DNA of 64,000 nucleotides from an uncultured Armatimonadetes bacterium (GTDB lineage Bacteria > Armatimonadota > UBA5829 > DTJY01), in NCBI GenBank assembly GCA_963717145.1, contig OY970325.1:4256001-4320000 (forward strand), given 5' to 3'. Made by a program: the position numbers and the translations under genes. Each line of letters begins with the position of its first letter. The first letter of the stretch is position 1. The notes beneath the pieces were generated by a model. It worked only from the letters and a program-made list of their open reading frames with translations. It ran no database searches and was not told the origin of the DNA. Below, one piece after another: positions 20,482-31,839 of the stretch.

Positions 20482-20874
20482 ATGCATGACCAAAGACTCC
20501 GCGTGGAATCCCGAAGGCTCGACGGGATTCCCTTACTCTTCCTCAGCGGCGAGGTCGACCTGTACACCGTGCCCGCATTCGAGCAAGCGATATCCGGCGT
20601 GATCGTGGACGACACAAGAGCTGTCGTGGTCGATCTTACGGAAATATCCTACCTCGACAGCTCGGGGCTCAGCACGCTGATAGTTGCCTACAAGAAGCTC
20701 GCGGCTCAGGGCGGCGACCTGTACGTAATAGCCTCGAGCAGCCCGCCCGCCGTTCGCCGCGTCCTGGAGATCACTCGCGTCGACACGTTCATCCGCGTTC
20801 GGCGGACAGTGGATGACATCCGGGAGGAACTTGGCCTGCCCCGCCCCGCGTCATCAGGCGGCACGACAGTTTAA
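20482..20874 (+). CDS. STAS anti-sigma factor antagonist
   Basis: GEVDLYT, DLTEISYLDSSGL. Confidence 0.9.
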   Translation: MHDQRLRVESRRLDGIPLLFLSGEVDLYTVPAFEQAISGVIVDDTRAVVVDLTEISYLDSSGLSTLIVAYKKLAAQGGDLYVIASSSPPAVRRVLEITRVDTFIRVRRTVDDIREELGLPRPASSGGTTV

Positions 20875-20952
20875 TGCCAACGCATGATGGGTATATGTGT
20901 ATGACCTGGAACGCACAGGGAAGTGGATCTGTTACCACAAGGAGCGAGCACC

Positions 20953-21321
20953 ATGTCTGAAGAACCGTATACCGAAGAGTGCTCCATATGTGTCGGCAAG
21001 ATGAATGACGTGACGATCATCGAGCTTGCGGGCGAGATAGACATCGCGACGGTCTCTCTGCTCGCGAAGGCGCTCGATGATGCCGTCAGGCACGGGAGAG
21101 GCCCGGTAGTGGTGGACGCCCACGATCTGACCTACATCGACAGCGCCGGCCTCCAGACGCTGCTCTCCTCGAACCGCAAGCTGGTCGAAACCGGACGCTC
21201 GCTCTCGATCGTCGGGTGCCACGGGATCTTCCACAAGCTGATGAAGATCACCCGCTTCGACGAGCACTTCACGATGTACCCCACCATCGAAGACGCCCTC
21301 GCGACCCTCAGCGCGGCATAG
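20953..21321 (+). CDS. STAS anti-sigma factor antagonist
   Basis: GEIDIAT, LTYIDSAGL. Confidence 0.9.
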   Translation: MSEEPYTEECSICVGKMNDVTIIELAGEIDIATVSLLAKALDDAVRHGRGPVVVDAHDLTYIDSAGLQTLLSSNRKLVETGRSLSIVGCHGIFHKLMKITRFDEHFTMYPTIEDALATLSAA

Positions 21322-21349
21322 GGGAATCACGACGCCACAAGCCTCTGAC

Positions 21350-23341
21350 TCACGGCACAGGCGTGATCTGGGTCGCCCGAATCAACCGGAACAGGTTGCC
21401 GTCCCGCTTGTAGCACGAACTCGCGCCGGTGACCTTCACGTATGACTCGAATGCAGGCATCGAGAGCCCCTCGATCCTGACCTTCACCCCGATATACCCC
21501 GACCCGTCGTCGAGCTTCGAGCCATCGTCGAGGTAGAAGAAGCCGCTGTCCGTATGGGTCACTCTGCCCGAGGTCGATACGAGCAGACCGATGTTGTTCA
21601 GATCGGGCGCATCCAGGAATGTTCTGGTCCACGAGCCGCCATTCAGTACAAGCCGGTACTCCTTCTGGCCGTTCTGTCCCGCGCCTGTCGTGGGACTGTA
21701 GAACCAGTTCGCGCCCCCGATGGACCTGTTCAGCAGACCGATCGGAGCAATACTCCCTGCGCCGTCCGCGACGACCGTCAGCGCCTCGATGTACCGCTCA
21801 CCATCGGCGTTCGTGTTCATGCTCCCGGTGATGATCACCCTGTTCCCCACTTGAACAACGTGATCAGCCTTGCCCACCCGAATGCCGGATGATCTGTCCT
21901 CCCTTTCGATGTAGAAAAACCCGTCGAACTCGGCAGAAACGATGGCATCCTGGCCGCTGATCTGTGCTCCGTCGGCAGCAAGTCGGGCATCCGTGATGCT
22001 CATAACCGGTGACCACCACTCGTCCGCGCCCATGTCGACCTTGCGCCCGAAGATACGGCCTTCGCTATCCATGTCAAAAAGAGGTAGGTTGGCAGCACCG
22101 TTCCAGCCACTGTTGATGCAGGGCGATGTCGGAAGGAGATGGTAGTTCCTATTTGCACGCTCAACGAACAAGGGATCTGTCGCGATATCCCCGGCCCCCG
22201 GTGAGATGCCCGAGTAGTCATAGCCAGTGTTGGCGTACACGCAGTTATTGCGCAGAGCTGGCGTTCCCGAGAACTGGACGATCTTGAATAACCCGGAGGA
22301 GTTGAAGGCTATGACATTGTTGACGAGTATGGGTGACGAGGAGTATGAACGCATCCCACCCCCATCATATGTTGCAACGTTCGCAACCATAGTATTGTTG
22401 GTAACTACCGGTGAGGATGAGTCAGTACATTCCAAAGCCCCGGCATACTCTGCACTGTTCGCCGTGATTGTATTCCCGGCGACGATGGGGGACGACGACT
22501 CGCAAGCCACGCCTCCACCAAAGCCTATGCTATTCTGTGTTATCACATTGTTGGTAATCTTGGCAGAAGAATGCCGGCAGCAGTATACTCCGCCTCCGCC
22601 TCCTGCGCCACTGCCAAGGTTCTTCGAGATGACATTCCCATCTATGACAGGTGAAGAAGCAGAGCAGTATATACCAGCACCGCTCCATGCCCTGTTTTCG
22701 GTTATGGTATTTCGGATGATCGTGGGATCGGAGGAGTTGCATGCTATCCCGCCTCCCATGCAGTTCGGGTTGTCAGTGGCGTTTGATGAGATCACGCAGT
22801 CTGAAATCAGAGGTGAGGAAGAGGAGCAGTATATCCCACTACCCCCGCCATCCCAATGGGATATGCGGTTTGCTGTGATCACGTTGTTGCTGATAGTTGG
22901 AGACGATGACGTGCAGTATATCCCAGCCCCGTACCGAGCTCTTCCATTCCTTACTATGAACCCATCAATAGTGGTTGCAAGTACCGCCCCAACAGGCGAT
23001 GTCACGACACTACCCGCTGCAGCGCCATCCAGAATCGTCACGTTGGCCCTGAAGTCGCGCTGATTCCTCGATGTCTCGGTGCCGAGAAAGCCTCCGTAGA
23101 GGCCGACGCCGAGCTTGAGGGTGATGCGTTCCACGTAGATACCCTTCGCGACCCAGACCTCATCGGCCGACACGGATGCGTTCAAGCCGGCCTGGACCGC
23201 GTGGTAAGCTGTGTCCCAGGACGTGCCGTCGAAGGTCGGGCCGGGAGAGTCCAACTTGACGTAGACGGTCTTGGCGCTACAGGAGAGCGTGCACAGAAGG
23301 AGCAGTGCGGCGATCAGGACAAGCGCTGGGCGGTGCGTCAT
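21350..23341 (-). CDS. Secreted right-handed beta-helix repeat protein with C-terminal shared domain
   Basis: Signal peptide, GTSWDTAY, repeated GGGIxCxxSSPxIxxNxI, YHLLPTSPCIN, DMGADE. Confidence 0.8.
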   Translation of the reverse strand: MTHRPALVLIAALLLLCTLSCSAKTVYVKLDSPGPTFDGTSWDTAYHAVQAGLNASVSADEVWVAKGIYVERITLKLGVGLYGGFLGTETSRNQRDFRANVTILDGAAAGSVVTSPVGAVLATTIDGFIVRNGRARYGAGIYCTSSSPTISNNVITANRISHWDGGGSGIYCSSSSPLISDCVISSNATDNPNCMGGGIACNSSDPTIIRNTITENRAWSGAGIYCSASSPVIDGNVISKNLGSGAGGGGGVYCCRHSSAKITNNVITQNSIGFGGGVACESSSPIVAGNTITANSAEYAGALECTDSSSPVVTNNTMVANVATYDGGGMRSYSSSPILVNNVIAFNSSGLFKIVQFSGTPALRNNCVYANTGYDYSGISPGAGDIATDPLFVERANRNYHLLPTSPCINSGWNGAANLPLFDMDSEGRIFGRKVDMGADEWWSPVMSITDARLAADGAQISGQDAIVSAEFDGFFYIEREDRSSGIRVGKADHVVQVGNRVIITGSMNTNADGERYIEALTVVADGAGSIAPIGLLNRSIGGANWFYSPTTGAGQNGQKEYRLVLNGGSWTRTFLDAPDLNNIGLLVSTSGRVTHTDSGFFYLDDGSKLDDGSGYIGVKVRIEGLSMPAFESYVKVTGASSCYKRDGNLFRLIRATQITPVP

Positions 23342-23563
23342 AGCGAGTACCTCCGAGAGAGAGCGTCCGGTACTGCGTGTTGCCGAATTGACATGGACGC
23401 TCTCATCATACCACCGAGTTTGATAGCCGTCAATCAGGGGCGGCGGAAACAGGTAATTGTACCTGGTCGGTACATCGGACGGTGGAATTCTTTTCAGATC
23501 ATGGTGAGATATGCTATAATGCAGTGTTTTCAGGCCCGGCGAGGCCGGAGTGAGAGGTTTCCA

Positions 23564-23938
23564 GTGCAAAACAACTACGCATATATCGCACTTTTCGCAA
23601 TAGTCGGGGTAGCTTTCACGGTCGTGACCATGTGGTTTTCGTGGCTGCTCCGTCCGAAGTACACGGCCACGGGTATGAAGTCCGAGTCGTACGAATGCGG
23701 CGAGGTCCCGACCGGCAGCGGATGGGCGCAGTTCCGGATCGGCTACTACATCTTCGCGCTCGTATTCGTCATATTCGATGTGGAGGCGATCTTCATCTTC
23801 CCGTGGGCCCGCGTGCTCCAGAACCTGAAGGCGAGCGGGCTCGGGCTCTTCGGCTTCGTCGAGATGATGGTGTTCATCGGCATCCTTCTCGTCGGCCTGC
23901 TCTATGCCTGGCGGAAGGGGGTGCTGAAGTGGGAGTAG
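23564..23938 (+). CDS. nuoA: NADH-quinone oxidoreductase subunit A
   Basis: [29 protein letters not shown] start. Confidence 0.95.
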   Translation: MQNNYAYIALFAIVGVAFTVVTMWFSWLLRPKYTATGMKSESYECGEVPTGSGWAQFRIGYYIFALVFVIFDVEAIFIFPWARVLQNLKASGLGLFGFVEMMVFIGILLVGLLYAWRKGVLKWE

Positions 23939-24414
23939 TCGAGAATCTGCCCGGGGTGATCACCACCAAACTCGATACGGTCCTGAACTGGGCGCGCACC
24001 TCATCGCTCTGGTACATGCTCTTCGGCCTCGCGTGCTGCGCGATCGAGTTGATGGCGACCGGCGCGGCCCGGTATGATTTCGACCGCTTCGGCATGATAT
24101 TCCGCGCCTCACCGAGGCAGAGTGACCTGATGATCGTCGCCGGCACCGTCACGAAGAAGATGGCCCCGAGGATCAAGCGCCTGTACGAGCAGATGGCCGA
24201 GCCGAGGTACGTGATCGCGATGGGCGCGTGTGCGATCTCGGGCGGGCCGTTCCAGGATTCGTACAATGTGGTGATGGGCGTGGACGAGATCATCCCGGTT
24301 GACGTATATATCCCCGGGTGCCCGCCGAGGCCCGAGGCGCTCATCCAGGGCTGCCTCAGGGTTCAGGAGAAGATTCGCAAGGAACGAATGGGGAAGAAGA
24401 AGGCCGAGGCGTGA
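23929..24414 (+). CDS. nuoB: NADH-quinone oxidoreductase subunit B
   Basis: [33 protein letters not shown]. Confidence 0.96.
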   Translation: MGVVENLPGVITTKLDTVLNWARTSSLWYMLFGLACCAIELMATGAARYDFDRFGMIFRASPRQSDLMIVAGTVTKKMAPRIKRLYEQMAEPRYVIAMGACAISGGPFQDSYNVVMGVDEIIPVDVYIPGCPPRPEALIQGCLRVQEKIRKERMGKKKAEA

Positions 24415-24878
24415 GCAATTCAGAGCAGATCGAACAGGCGATACGAAATCGGTTTCCGGACGCCGTGGAGTCCTCCACGGAGATCGGCGGCGTGGCGACT
24501 CTCACCGTCGGGGCCGCGTCGATCATCGACATATGCTCCTTCCTGAGAGACGATCAGGCGCTCCGGTTCGACTATCTGATGTCGCTCACCGCCGTCGATT
24601 GGACCGACCGATTCGAGGTGGTCTACCACCTCTACTCGATCCCGATGAAGCATTACGTGACCCTCAAGGTCAAAACGGATCGGGGGAATCCGAGTGTGCC
24701 GTCAGTCACTTCCCTCTGGAAGGCGGCGGACTGGCAGGAGCGCGAGGTCTACGACATGTTCGGCATCACGTTCGAGGGCCATCCGAACCTCGTCCGCATC
24801 CTGCTCGAAGACGACTGGGAGGGCTTCCCTCTGCGGAAGGACTATGTCACCAGTCCGGTAGGCGAAGAACCGACATGA
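24411..24878 (+). CDS. nuoC: NADH-quinone oxidoreductase subunit C
   Basis: [27 protein letters not shown]. Confidence 0.95.
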   Translation: MSNSEQIEQAIRNRFPDAVESSTEIGGVATLTVGAASIIDICSFLRDDQALRFDYLMSLTAVDWTDRFEVVYHLYSIPMKHYVTLKVKTDRGNPSVPSVTSLWKAADWQEREVYDMFGITFEGHPNLVRILLEDDWEGFPLRKDYVTSPVGEEPT

Positions 24879-25978
24879 CCACTATTCAGACAGAAACCAT
24901 TCAGATCAATATGGGCCCTCAGCATCCGAGCACTCACGGTGTGCTTCGGATGATCCTGACGCTCGACGGCGAGACCGTCGTCGATGCGAGGCCCGATATC
25001 GGCTACCTGCACCGAGGCATCGAGAAGCTGGCCGAGAACCGCACGTATGTGCAGTTCGTCGGACTGACTGACCGGACCGACTACCTCTCGGCGATGCTCA
25101 ACAACGCCGTCTACGCCATGGCGGTCGAGAAACTTGCCGGGCTCGAAGTTCCGGAGCGGTCGGAGTTCATCCGTGTGATTATGATGGAACTGCAGAGGAT
25201 CGCCAGCCATCTCGTGTTCGTCGGGGCGTTCGCTCTCGACCTCGGGGCGACCACTCCGTTCCTCTATGCGTTCCGCGAGCGCGAAGATATCATGGATCTC
25301 TTCGAGATGACGTGCGGCGCGCGGCTTACGTACAGCTACATCCGTCCGGGCGGCGTCATGAACGATCTGCCCGAGGGTTTCGATCAGAAGACGCGGGTCT
25401 TCCTGAAGAAGCTCCCGGGACGGCTCGACGAGATCGACGATCTGTTCAGCAAGAACGAGATCGTCTACATCCGCGCCAAAGGAGTCGGGATCCTGTCGCC
25501 TGAGGACGCGGTGAGTTACGCCGTGAGCGGTCCGAGCCTCAGAGGCTCCGGAGTCCCGATGGACATTCGCCGGGATCATCCCTACTCCGTGTACGACAGG
25601 CTCGACTTCAACGTCGTGACGCGTGATACCTGCGACTGCATGGCACGATATCTGGTGCGCATGGACGAGATCCGTGAGAGCGCCAGGATAGTCGAGCAGG
25701 CGCTCGATATGATCCCCGAAGGCGAATATACCGCCAAAGTGCCGAGAGTGCTCAAACCTGCGGCGGGCGAAGCCTATGCCCGCGTCGAATCGTCGAGAGG
25801 TGACTTGGGATGCTACATCATCAGCGACGGCTCCACGAGTCCTTACCGCCTGCACTGGCGGGCCCCATCATTCATCAACCTGGCTGCTGTGGGCGACATG
25901 GTGCGCGGATGGAAAGTGGCCGACACCGTGGCAATTCTGGGAACCCTGGACATCGTTCTGGGCGAGGTCGACCGGTAG
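24875..25978 (+). CDS. nuoD: NADH-quinone oxidoreductase subunit D
   Basis: [33 protein letters not shown]; no NiFe CxxC motifs. Confidence 0.96.
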   Translation: MTTIQTETIQINMGPQHPSTHGVLRMILTLDGETVVDARPDIGYLHRGIEKLAENRTYVQFVGLTDRTDYLSAMLNNAVYAMAVEKLAGLEVPERSEFIRVIMMELQRIASHLVFVGAFALDLGATTPFLYAFREREDIMDLFEMTCGARLTYSYIRPGGVMNDLPEGFDQKTRVFLKKLPGRLDEIDDLFSKNEIVYIRAKGVGILSPEDAVSYAVSGPSLRGSGVPMDIRRDHPYSVYDRLDFNVVTRDTCDCMARYLVRMDEIRESARIVEQALDMIPEGEYTAKVPRVLKPAAGEAYARVESSRGDLGCYIISDGSTSPYRLHWRAPSFINLAAVGDMVRGWKVADTVAILGTLDIVLGEVDR

Positions 25979-25989
25979 CGAGGTGATAC

Positions 25990-27207
25990 ATGCTGTCATC
26001 TAGACCGTTTTGGATACTGTACACCATAACCATCATACTGGTAGTCTTCTGGGTGGCAGTAGTACCCCTGACCGAGTGGCGAATCGCCGATGAACTGGTT
26101 GGCAAAGGCATCGTCAATCTCAAGAGCGATCTGAGAGATGACGGTCTGATGGCCCAGTGGATGATGTTGTACCAGGATAACTACCTCATCGCCCTTGGTA
26201 TCACAGCCGGTATGTTCGTCATCGGCATACTGATGGGGTTCCTGCTGGCGTCGCTGACATTCAGGCAGATTGTGAGCCTCGGTGATCGGCTGCACGATAT
26301 GACCGCGGCCGACAAAGTCGCGGCCCTGTTGGGTCTGATCATGGGCCTGCTGCTCAGCGTTCTGCTGCTACAGTACATTCGAGACTGGGCCGGAGACTCC
26401 GGGCCTCTACTCGGAGTGCTCACGATTCTGTTTCTCGTCTTCTTCTGCATCTGGGCGATGATGAGCATGAAAGACGAGTTGCGGTACTACTTCCCCGGGC
26501 TGCAGCGCGATAAGGAAGAGCAGAAGGAAGTCCAGAAGCCGAAGTTGCTCGATACAAACGTCATCATCGATGGACGGGTTGCCGATGTCTGTCGCAGCGG
26601 ATTCATCGAGGGCAGGATATATATCCCGAGCTTCGTGCTGGATGAACTCCAACACATCGCCGACTCGAGCGATTCACTGAGGCGTGCGAGAGGACGCAGA
26701 GGACTCGACATCCTGAACGCGATGCGCAAGGAGCTGGACCTTGAGGTCAAGGCAGATGAACCGGTAGACCCGGATAACCCCGATGAAGTCGACAGCCGGC
26801 TCGTCAAGATGGCGAAGGACCTCGACGGCTCCATCGTCACGAACGATTTCAACCTCAACAAGGTCGCCGAACTCCAGGGAGTGCCCGTACTGAACATCAA
26901 TGAGCTGGCAAATGCGCTCAAGCCGGTCGTGCTCCCCGGCGAAGAGATGACGGTCATGGTGATCAAGGAAGGCAAGGAACTCAGCCAGGGGGTCGCCTAC
27001 CTCGACGATGGGACGATGGTCGTCATCGAAGGCGGACGACGGCACATCGGAGAGACGCTCGACGTCATCGTCACCAGCGTGCTTCAGACCGTCGCCGGCA
27101 AGATGATCTTCGCCAACATCAAGTCCGATCAGGAAGAAGAGGACCAGCTCATTGACCGCAACGTCCGCAATTATTCCAGCTTCAGGCCGCGGAAGAAGAC
27201 TAAATAG
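25990..27207 (+). CDS. Membrane PIN/TRAM-domain protein (YacL-like)
   Basis: [47 protein letters not shown]. Confidence 0.92.
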   Translation: MLSSRPFWILYTITIILVVFWVAVVPLTEWRIADELVGKGIVNLKSDLRDDGLMAQWMMLYQDNYLIALGITAGMFVIGILMGFLLASLTFRQIVSLGDRLHDMTAADKVAALLGLIMGLLLSVLLLQYIRDWAGDSGPLLGVLTILFLVFFCIWAMMSMKDELRYYFPGLQRDKEEQKEVQKPKLLDTNVIIDGRVADVCRSGFIEGRIYIPSFVLDELQHIADSSDSLRRARGRRGLDILNAMRKELDLEVKADEPVDPDNPDEVDSRLVKMAKDLDGSIVTNDFNLNKVAELQGVPVLNINELANALKPVVLPGEEMTVMVIKEGKELSQGVAYLDDGTMVVIEGGRRHIGETLDVIVTSVLQTVAGKMIFANIKSDQEEEDQLIDRNVRNYSSFRPRKKTK

Positions 27208-28330
27208 GCTATGCAACAAAGCGTTCCTTCCACTTGCCGGAAAGCCTATGGTCGTCCGCACCCTCAGTATCTTTCAGGCCTGTGAGGCGGTGGACGAGAT
27301 TGTCCTGGTTGTGAATCAGGATGAGATGGATCAGGCCTCTCGGTTGGTCGATGAGCACGGAATCTCCAAGGTTTCACACGTGATCCCCGGAGGCGAGATC
27401 CGCCAGGATTCGGTCAGGAACGGCCTCACGTGCATCTCCCCGAGCGCCGAGATAGTGGCGATCCACGATGCCGCCCGTCCGCTCGTTACCCAGGAGATCA
27501 TACTCGCCTCCATAGAAGCCGCCAGGGAGAACGGCGCCGCCATCGCAGCCGTGCCTGTGGTCGATACCATCAAGTCCTCGCTCGACAGCCGATTCGTCAG
27601 CGGCACTCCCGACCGCAGCCAACTCTACTCGGTGCAAACGCCTCAGACCTTCGAGCGCAGGCTGATTGAATCGGCATACGAGCGCGCCTATGCCGATTGC
27701 TTCGTCGGCACGGACGACGCCTCGCTGGTCGAACGGCTCGGCGAGCCGGTCGCGATCGTGAGCGGCTCATACGACAACATCAAGGTCACGACTCCGCCCG
27801 ACGTGGCGACCGCTGAGGCGGTGCTGGCCGCCCGGGGGGAGAGTGAGTGTCCGTCGATGAGGATCGGCCACGGATATGACGTACACCGCTTTGCGCCCAA
27901 TCGCAGGCTCTTCCTGGGCGGGATCGAGTTCTTCGGCGAGGAAGGTCTGTACGGCCACTCGGACGCCGATGTGCCGATCCACGCCCTGATGGATGCGCTC
28001 CTCGGCGCAGTGGGGGAGCCCGACATCGGGTGTCTGTTCCCGGATACGGACCCGGCCTACCGAGATATCCGCAGCACGGAGCTTCTCGCGCGCGTGGCGC
28101 TTCGCATTGCTGAACTCGGGTGGCGTATTGCCAATGTCGATGTGACGATCATTGCAGAGCGCCCGAGGGTCGCCAAGCGCGTGCCGGAGATGCGGGAGGC
28201 GATCGCCGAGTCGCTCGCCATCTCGCCGTCGCAGGTCGGCGTGAAGGCTTCGACCGCCGAAGGGCTCGGGTTCGTCGGCCAGGGCCTCGGAATCGAATGC
28301 CACGCGGTTGCCCTTCTTTACCTCGTTTAG
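27152..28330 (+). CDS. ispDF: Bifunctional IspD/IspF
   Basis: [27 protein letters not shown], then [17 protein letters not shown]. Confidence 0.95.
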   Translation: MTATSAIIPASGRGRRLNRLCNKAFLPLAGKPMVVRTLSIFQACEAVDEIVLVVNQDEMDQASRLVDEHGISKVSHVIPGGEIRQDSVRNGLTCISPSAEIVAIHDAARPLVTQEIILASIEAARENGAAIAAVPVVDTIKSSLDSRFVSGTPDRSQLYSVQTPQTFERRLIESAYERAYADCFVGTDDASLVERLGEPVAIVSGSYDNIKVTTPPDVATAEAVLAARGESECPSMRIGHGYDVHRFAPNRRLFLGGIEFFGEEGLYGHSDADVPIHALMDALLGAVGEPDIGCLFPDTDPAYRDIRSTELLARVALRIAELGWRIANVDVTIIAERPRVAKRVPEMREAIAESLAISPSQVGVKASTAEGLGFVGQGLGIECHAVALLYLV

Positions 28331-28514
28331 CTCCAACAATCAGCCCTCTCTGAAAACCGTTGAATCTCCGATAATCCTAAGGAGTGCCTTCACGGCACAG
28401 TATTTGTACCAGATGTAGCACGTCCCCGGGGCGTAGCATGGGCCGCCGGTGACGGCCGATGGTTCGCCCCGTCATTACCTGCACATCAAAGGATAACGGA
28501 GGATCAGCAGACAT

Positions 28515-30386
28515 ATGAAGTTTCGCGGGAGCCTTGAGTCCAGAATCTGCATTCTTACAACCGGTCTGCTCTTTGCACTGCTACTCGCTGTCGGACACGT
28601 GGAGATGTCCGGGCAGAAGTCAGCACTCATAGAGGAAAAGGTCGAGAAGTACGACGCCCTGTCCAAGATCCTCGCCCTCTCATACATGCCTCTCGGCGAG
28701 CAGAGCGACGATGCAGTGTACCGCGAGTTCACGAACCGCATCATGCGCGCGGACCGGGACATCACCTATGTCATCATCACCGACTCGAAGAACAACCCGC
28801 TGTTTGCGCTGAACAGGGAAAGCTCCGCGCAGCAGAAGAAGCGGGCCGGCATTCCGGATGTGAAGCAGCTCGCGGCATCCATCAGGCGGCTGGCGCGTCC
28901 CGGTGGGAACGAGTTCAGAACCCTGCGAGTCCCTGCGAAGATCGGACCCGGTGAGACCGGGGCCATCGCGGTCGGTTTCTCCTCCAAATCGGTCGATATC
29001 GCCGTGGAGCAGTCACAGAACCGTCTGCTGGGGACATTCGCCGCCGCGCTGCTGGTCGGGCTGCTGGGTGCGATGTCGCTGGCCAGGGCCATCACGGGTC
29101 CGCTCAGGACTCTCATCCGTGCCGCCAGCGACGTCGAGAAGGGCGACCTCGACGTCACGATTGCCATCCACTCGAAAGATGAACTCGGCGTGCTCGCGTT
29201 CGGCTTCAATCGCATGGTCATCGCCCTCAAGGAGAGCCGTGACAAGCTCATCGAGCGCGCGAATACAGACAGCCTGACCGGTCTGTACAACCACCGCCAT
29301 TTCCAGGAGCGGCTTGCCACTGAGTTAAGCCGCGCCGAGCGGTTCGGCAGACCGCTTTCGATGGTCATGCTCGACATCGACAACTTCAAGACTCTGAACG
29401 ATACCCACGGCCATCCGATCGGCGATCAGGTGCTCAAAGACGTCGCCAAGGTGCTCTGCAGCGAGGTCCGGGATATCGACGTGGTGGCCCGCTACGGCGG
29501 TGAGGAGTTCGCCCTCATACTTCCCGAGACGTCAGTCGCCGAGGCGAAGGTCGCCGCCGAGCGTGTGCGGCTGGGGGTCAAGAGGCACTGCTTCATGGGC
29601 CGAGATGAGCAGTCTCTTTCCGTTACCATCAGCCTGGGAGTCGCACAGTACCCGATCCACAGCTTGGAACGCGAAGGCCTCATCATGGCTGCCGACCTTG
29701 CGATGTATCAGGCAAAGAGCATGGGTCGCAACCGATCCGTCGCGTTCAGCAACGACATCCGTGAGGACAAGGGAAACGATCCATACAAGCTGTACCTGCT
29801 GCTCCATGCGACCGATATGAGCACGATCGAGGCGATGGCGGCGGCCGTCGATGCAAAGGGTCAGCGCTATCCCGGCTTCTCCCGCGATGTCATGAAGGAC
29901 GCCATGCGGCTTGCGGAGGAACTCGGCATGTCTGAGCAGGAGCAGGAAGCTGTTCGCATCGCCAGCCTGCTGCATGACATCGGGAAGCTCGGAATCCCGG
30001 ACAACATCCTGAACAAGGACGGCGCCTACACGGAAGAAGAGCGCCGCGTCATCAGGAGCCACGCAGCCATGGGGTACGCGATTGTGCAGAAGTCGCCACA
30101 CCTGCGCTCGATGCTTCCGGGGATACTGTACCACCACGAGTGGTGGGATGGCAGCGGCTACCCGAACTGTCTCAAGGGCCAGGATATCCCTCCGATCGCT
30201 CGGATCATCGCGGTCGTGGACGCCTACCATGCGATGATGACGCAGAGGACCCACGCGCGCACCATGAACCCCGACGAAGCTCGTGCGGAACTCCGGAAGT
30301 GCGCTGGAACTCAGTTCGATCCGGACATGGTCGAGGCTTTCATCGGCATGCTCGACCGCGATGAGTCCAAGGCGCAGGCGGCCTAG
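28515..30386 (+). CDS. Membrane HAMP-GGDEF-HD-GYP protein
   Basis: Two TM segments, HAMP, RDID I-site, GGEEF, LHDIGK, HHEWWDGSGYP. Confidence 0.92.
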   Translation: MKFRGSLESRICILTTGLLFALLLAVGHVEMSGQKSALIEEKVEKYDALSKILALSYMPLGEQSDDAVYREFTNRIMRADRDITYVIITDSKNNPLFALNRESSAQQKKRAGIPDVKQLAASIRRLARPGGNEFRTLRVPAKIGPGETGAIAVGFSSKSVDIAVEQSQNRLLGTFAAALLVGLLGAMSLARAITGPLRTLIRAASDVEKGDLDVTIAIHSKDELGVLAFGFNRMVIALKESRDKLIERANTDSLTGLYNHRHFQERLATELSRAERFGRPLSMVMLDIDNFKTLNDTHGHPIGDQVLKDVAKVLCSEVRDIDVVARYGGEEFALILPETSVAEAKVAAERVRLGVKRHCFMGRDEQSLSVTISLGVAQYPIHSLEREGLIMAADLAMYQAKSMGRNRSVAFSNDIREDKGNDPYKLYLLLHATDMSTIEAMAAAVDAKGQRYPGFSRDVMKDAMRLAEELGMSEQEQEAVRIASLLHDIGKLGIPDNILNKDGAYTEEERRVIRSHAAMGYAIVQKSPHLRSMLPGILYHHEWWDGSGYPNCLKGQDIPPIARIIAVVDAYHAMMTQRTHARTMNPDEARAELRKCAGTQFDPDMVEAFIGMLDRDESKAQAA

Positions 30387-30476
30387 AACCTGGGTTAAGG
30401 GATAAGGAGTGAGGGCAAGGGGTCACGACGACAACAGAGTCATCTGACCCCTTGCCCCTTATTCCAATGAACGCCA

Positions 30477-31697
30477 CTATTTCTTCAGACAGAGCAGCAT
30501 CCCCTGGCCCGCCGCAAGCCAGCAGTCTTCGCCGCCCCATGAGCCGGTCGCCCCTGTGTAGGCGCTGACTCTATTGACCTGCCCCGGCTCCTTGAATGCC
30601 ACTCCGAACGCCGTAGAGACGTGGAGGCTCTTGTTGACCACCATGACATAGGGGACGCCGCCCGGTCCTTCGAACTCGCCAACCAGCAGATCGTCCCCGC
30701 TCACCGAGGCAAGATACTTGCTGGTCCCGATCCCTGAGCAGCCCTCCGGGACGTTCGGATGGTGGAAGACATTGACGCTCTTCAGTGTGATGTAGGTCGG
30801 CCCGAGCTTGTGAAGTTGCAGGTTCACATTTCGGAGCATGTCCCACGTCGGGGTCTTGTGCCCGAACTGGTCAATGGGCGCGAGGCGATAGTTGCCGATC
30901 TGCGGTGCGAAATACGTGAAGTAGCTGATCCCGCGCCCTCCGTAGGCTAGAGTGGTGTAGAGCTGGAATCTGAAACCGGCAGGAGTCGGTTCGGCGTACC
31001 GGAAATGAGAGTTCGAGAGCACGATGTTCCAGAACGGCAGATCATGCTTCAACGCCAACTTTCTCACTGCTTCGAGGTTCTGGTAGTATCCGCCTCTGAG
31101 CGAGCCGTCATCCATCAGGGCATAGTGGTCGTAGCTGATGAACTTAGGCTTCACCGTCTTGACGAAGGACTCCAGATACTCCTCATAGGTCGGTACGCCA
31201 AGTTGTCCGGCAGAAGCATAGTTGGGCAAGAGGTTGATGTAGGCCAGCGCTTCCGGCGCCGCTTTCCTGTAAGCATCGGCCCATCGTCCGAGCCCCGGAT
31301 AGGCCCCGGCACTCGGCTCATCGCGCAGGTAGTAGCCAAACACCGCCGGGTGCTTCGCGGTTCGCGCCACCAGCGCTTCCACCCGCTTCGCGATCTCCTT
31401 CTCGTCCAGTTGAGCTTCAGCGTCACCCACGACGTTGGTTCCCTCAATCACAAGGCATTGAAGGCCCGCCTTGCTCACCTTGTCCAGATCGTCCGGGGCT
31501 ACGAACCCCGCGAGGTTGAACCCGCAATCCCGAATCTCCTTCAGCGCGGCCTCGTCACCCGGAGTGGACCCCCAGGGAAAGATGGCAAACTCATCCGGCT
31601 TCAGCATAGTATTTCCCTCCTGCGCAGACACCCTGGACCCGTGACAACACAGCGCCAGGCAGACAGCAATGACCCACGATAGCAAAGCGAATCTCAT
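30477..31697 (-). CDS. Secreted glycoside-hydrolase-like (TIM barrel) protein
   Basis: Signal peptide, HPAVFGYYLRDEP, YINLLP, SYDHY, LAYGGRGISYFTY. Confidence 0.65.
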   Translation of the reverse strand: MRFALLSWVIAVCLALCCHGSRVSAQEGNTMLKPDEFAIFPWGSTPGDEAALKEIRDCGFNLAGFVAPDDLDKVSKAGLQCLVIEGTNVVGDAEAQLDEKEIAKRVEALVARTAKHPAVFGYYLRDEPSAGAYPGLGRWADAYRKAAPEALAYINLLPNYASAGQLGVPTYEEYLESFVKTVKPKFISYDHYALMDDGSLRGGYYQNLEAVRKLALKHDLPFWNIVLSNSHFRYAEPTPAGFRFQLYTTLAYGGRGISYFTYFAPQIGNYRLAPIDQFGHKTPTWDMLRNVNLQLHKLGPTYITLKSVNVFHHPNVPEGCSGIGTSKYLASVSGDDLLVGEFEGPGGVPYVMVVNKSLHVSTAFGVAFKEPGQVNRVSAYTGATGSWGGEDCWLAAGQGMLLCLKK

Positions 31698-31839
31698 GCA
31701 AACACTCCTCACAACACCATCACCTCTCACCTTCTCATTCCCACGGCCGTCATTCCTCCTCCAAGCAGGAATCGGTACGCATCCGACGTAACAGTATCAC
31801 GAACTTGCGCACCATCATTCTTGTTCCACGGAGGATGCC

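Noticed and set aside
24875-25978. Group 4 NiFe-hydrogenase large subunit
   Set aside because: Lacks both CxxC nickel-binding motifs and matches NuoD.
28331-28514. c-di-GMP riboswitch upstream of the GGDEF/HD-GYP gene
   Set aside because: Short hairpins only; I could not find the class I or class II consensus.
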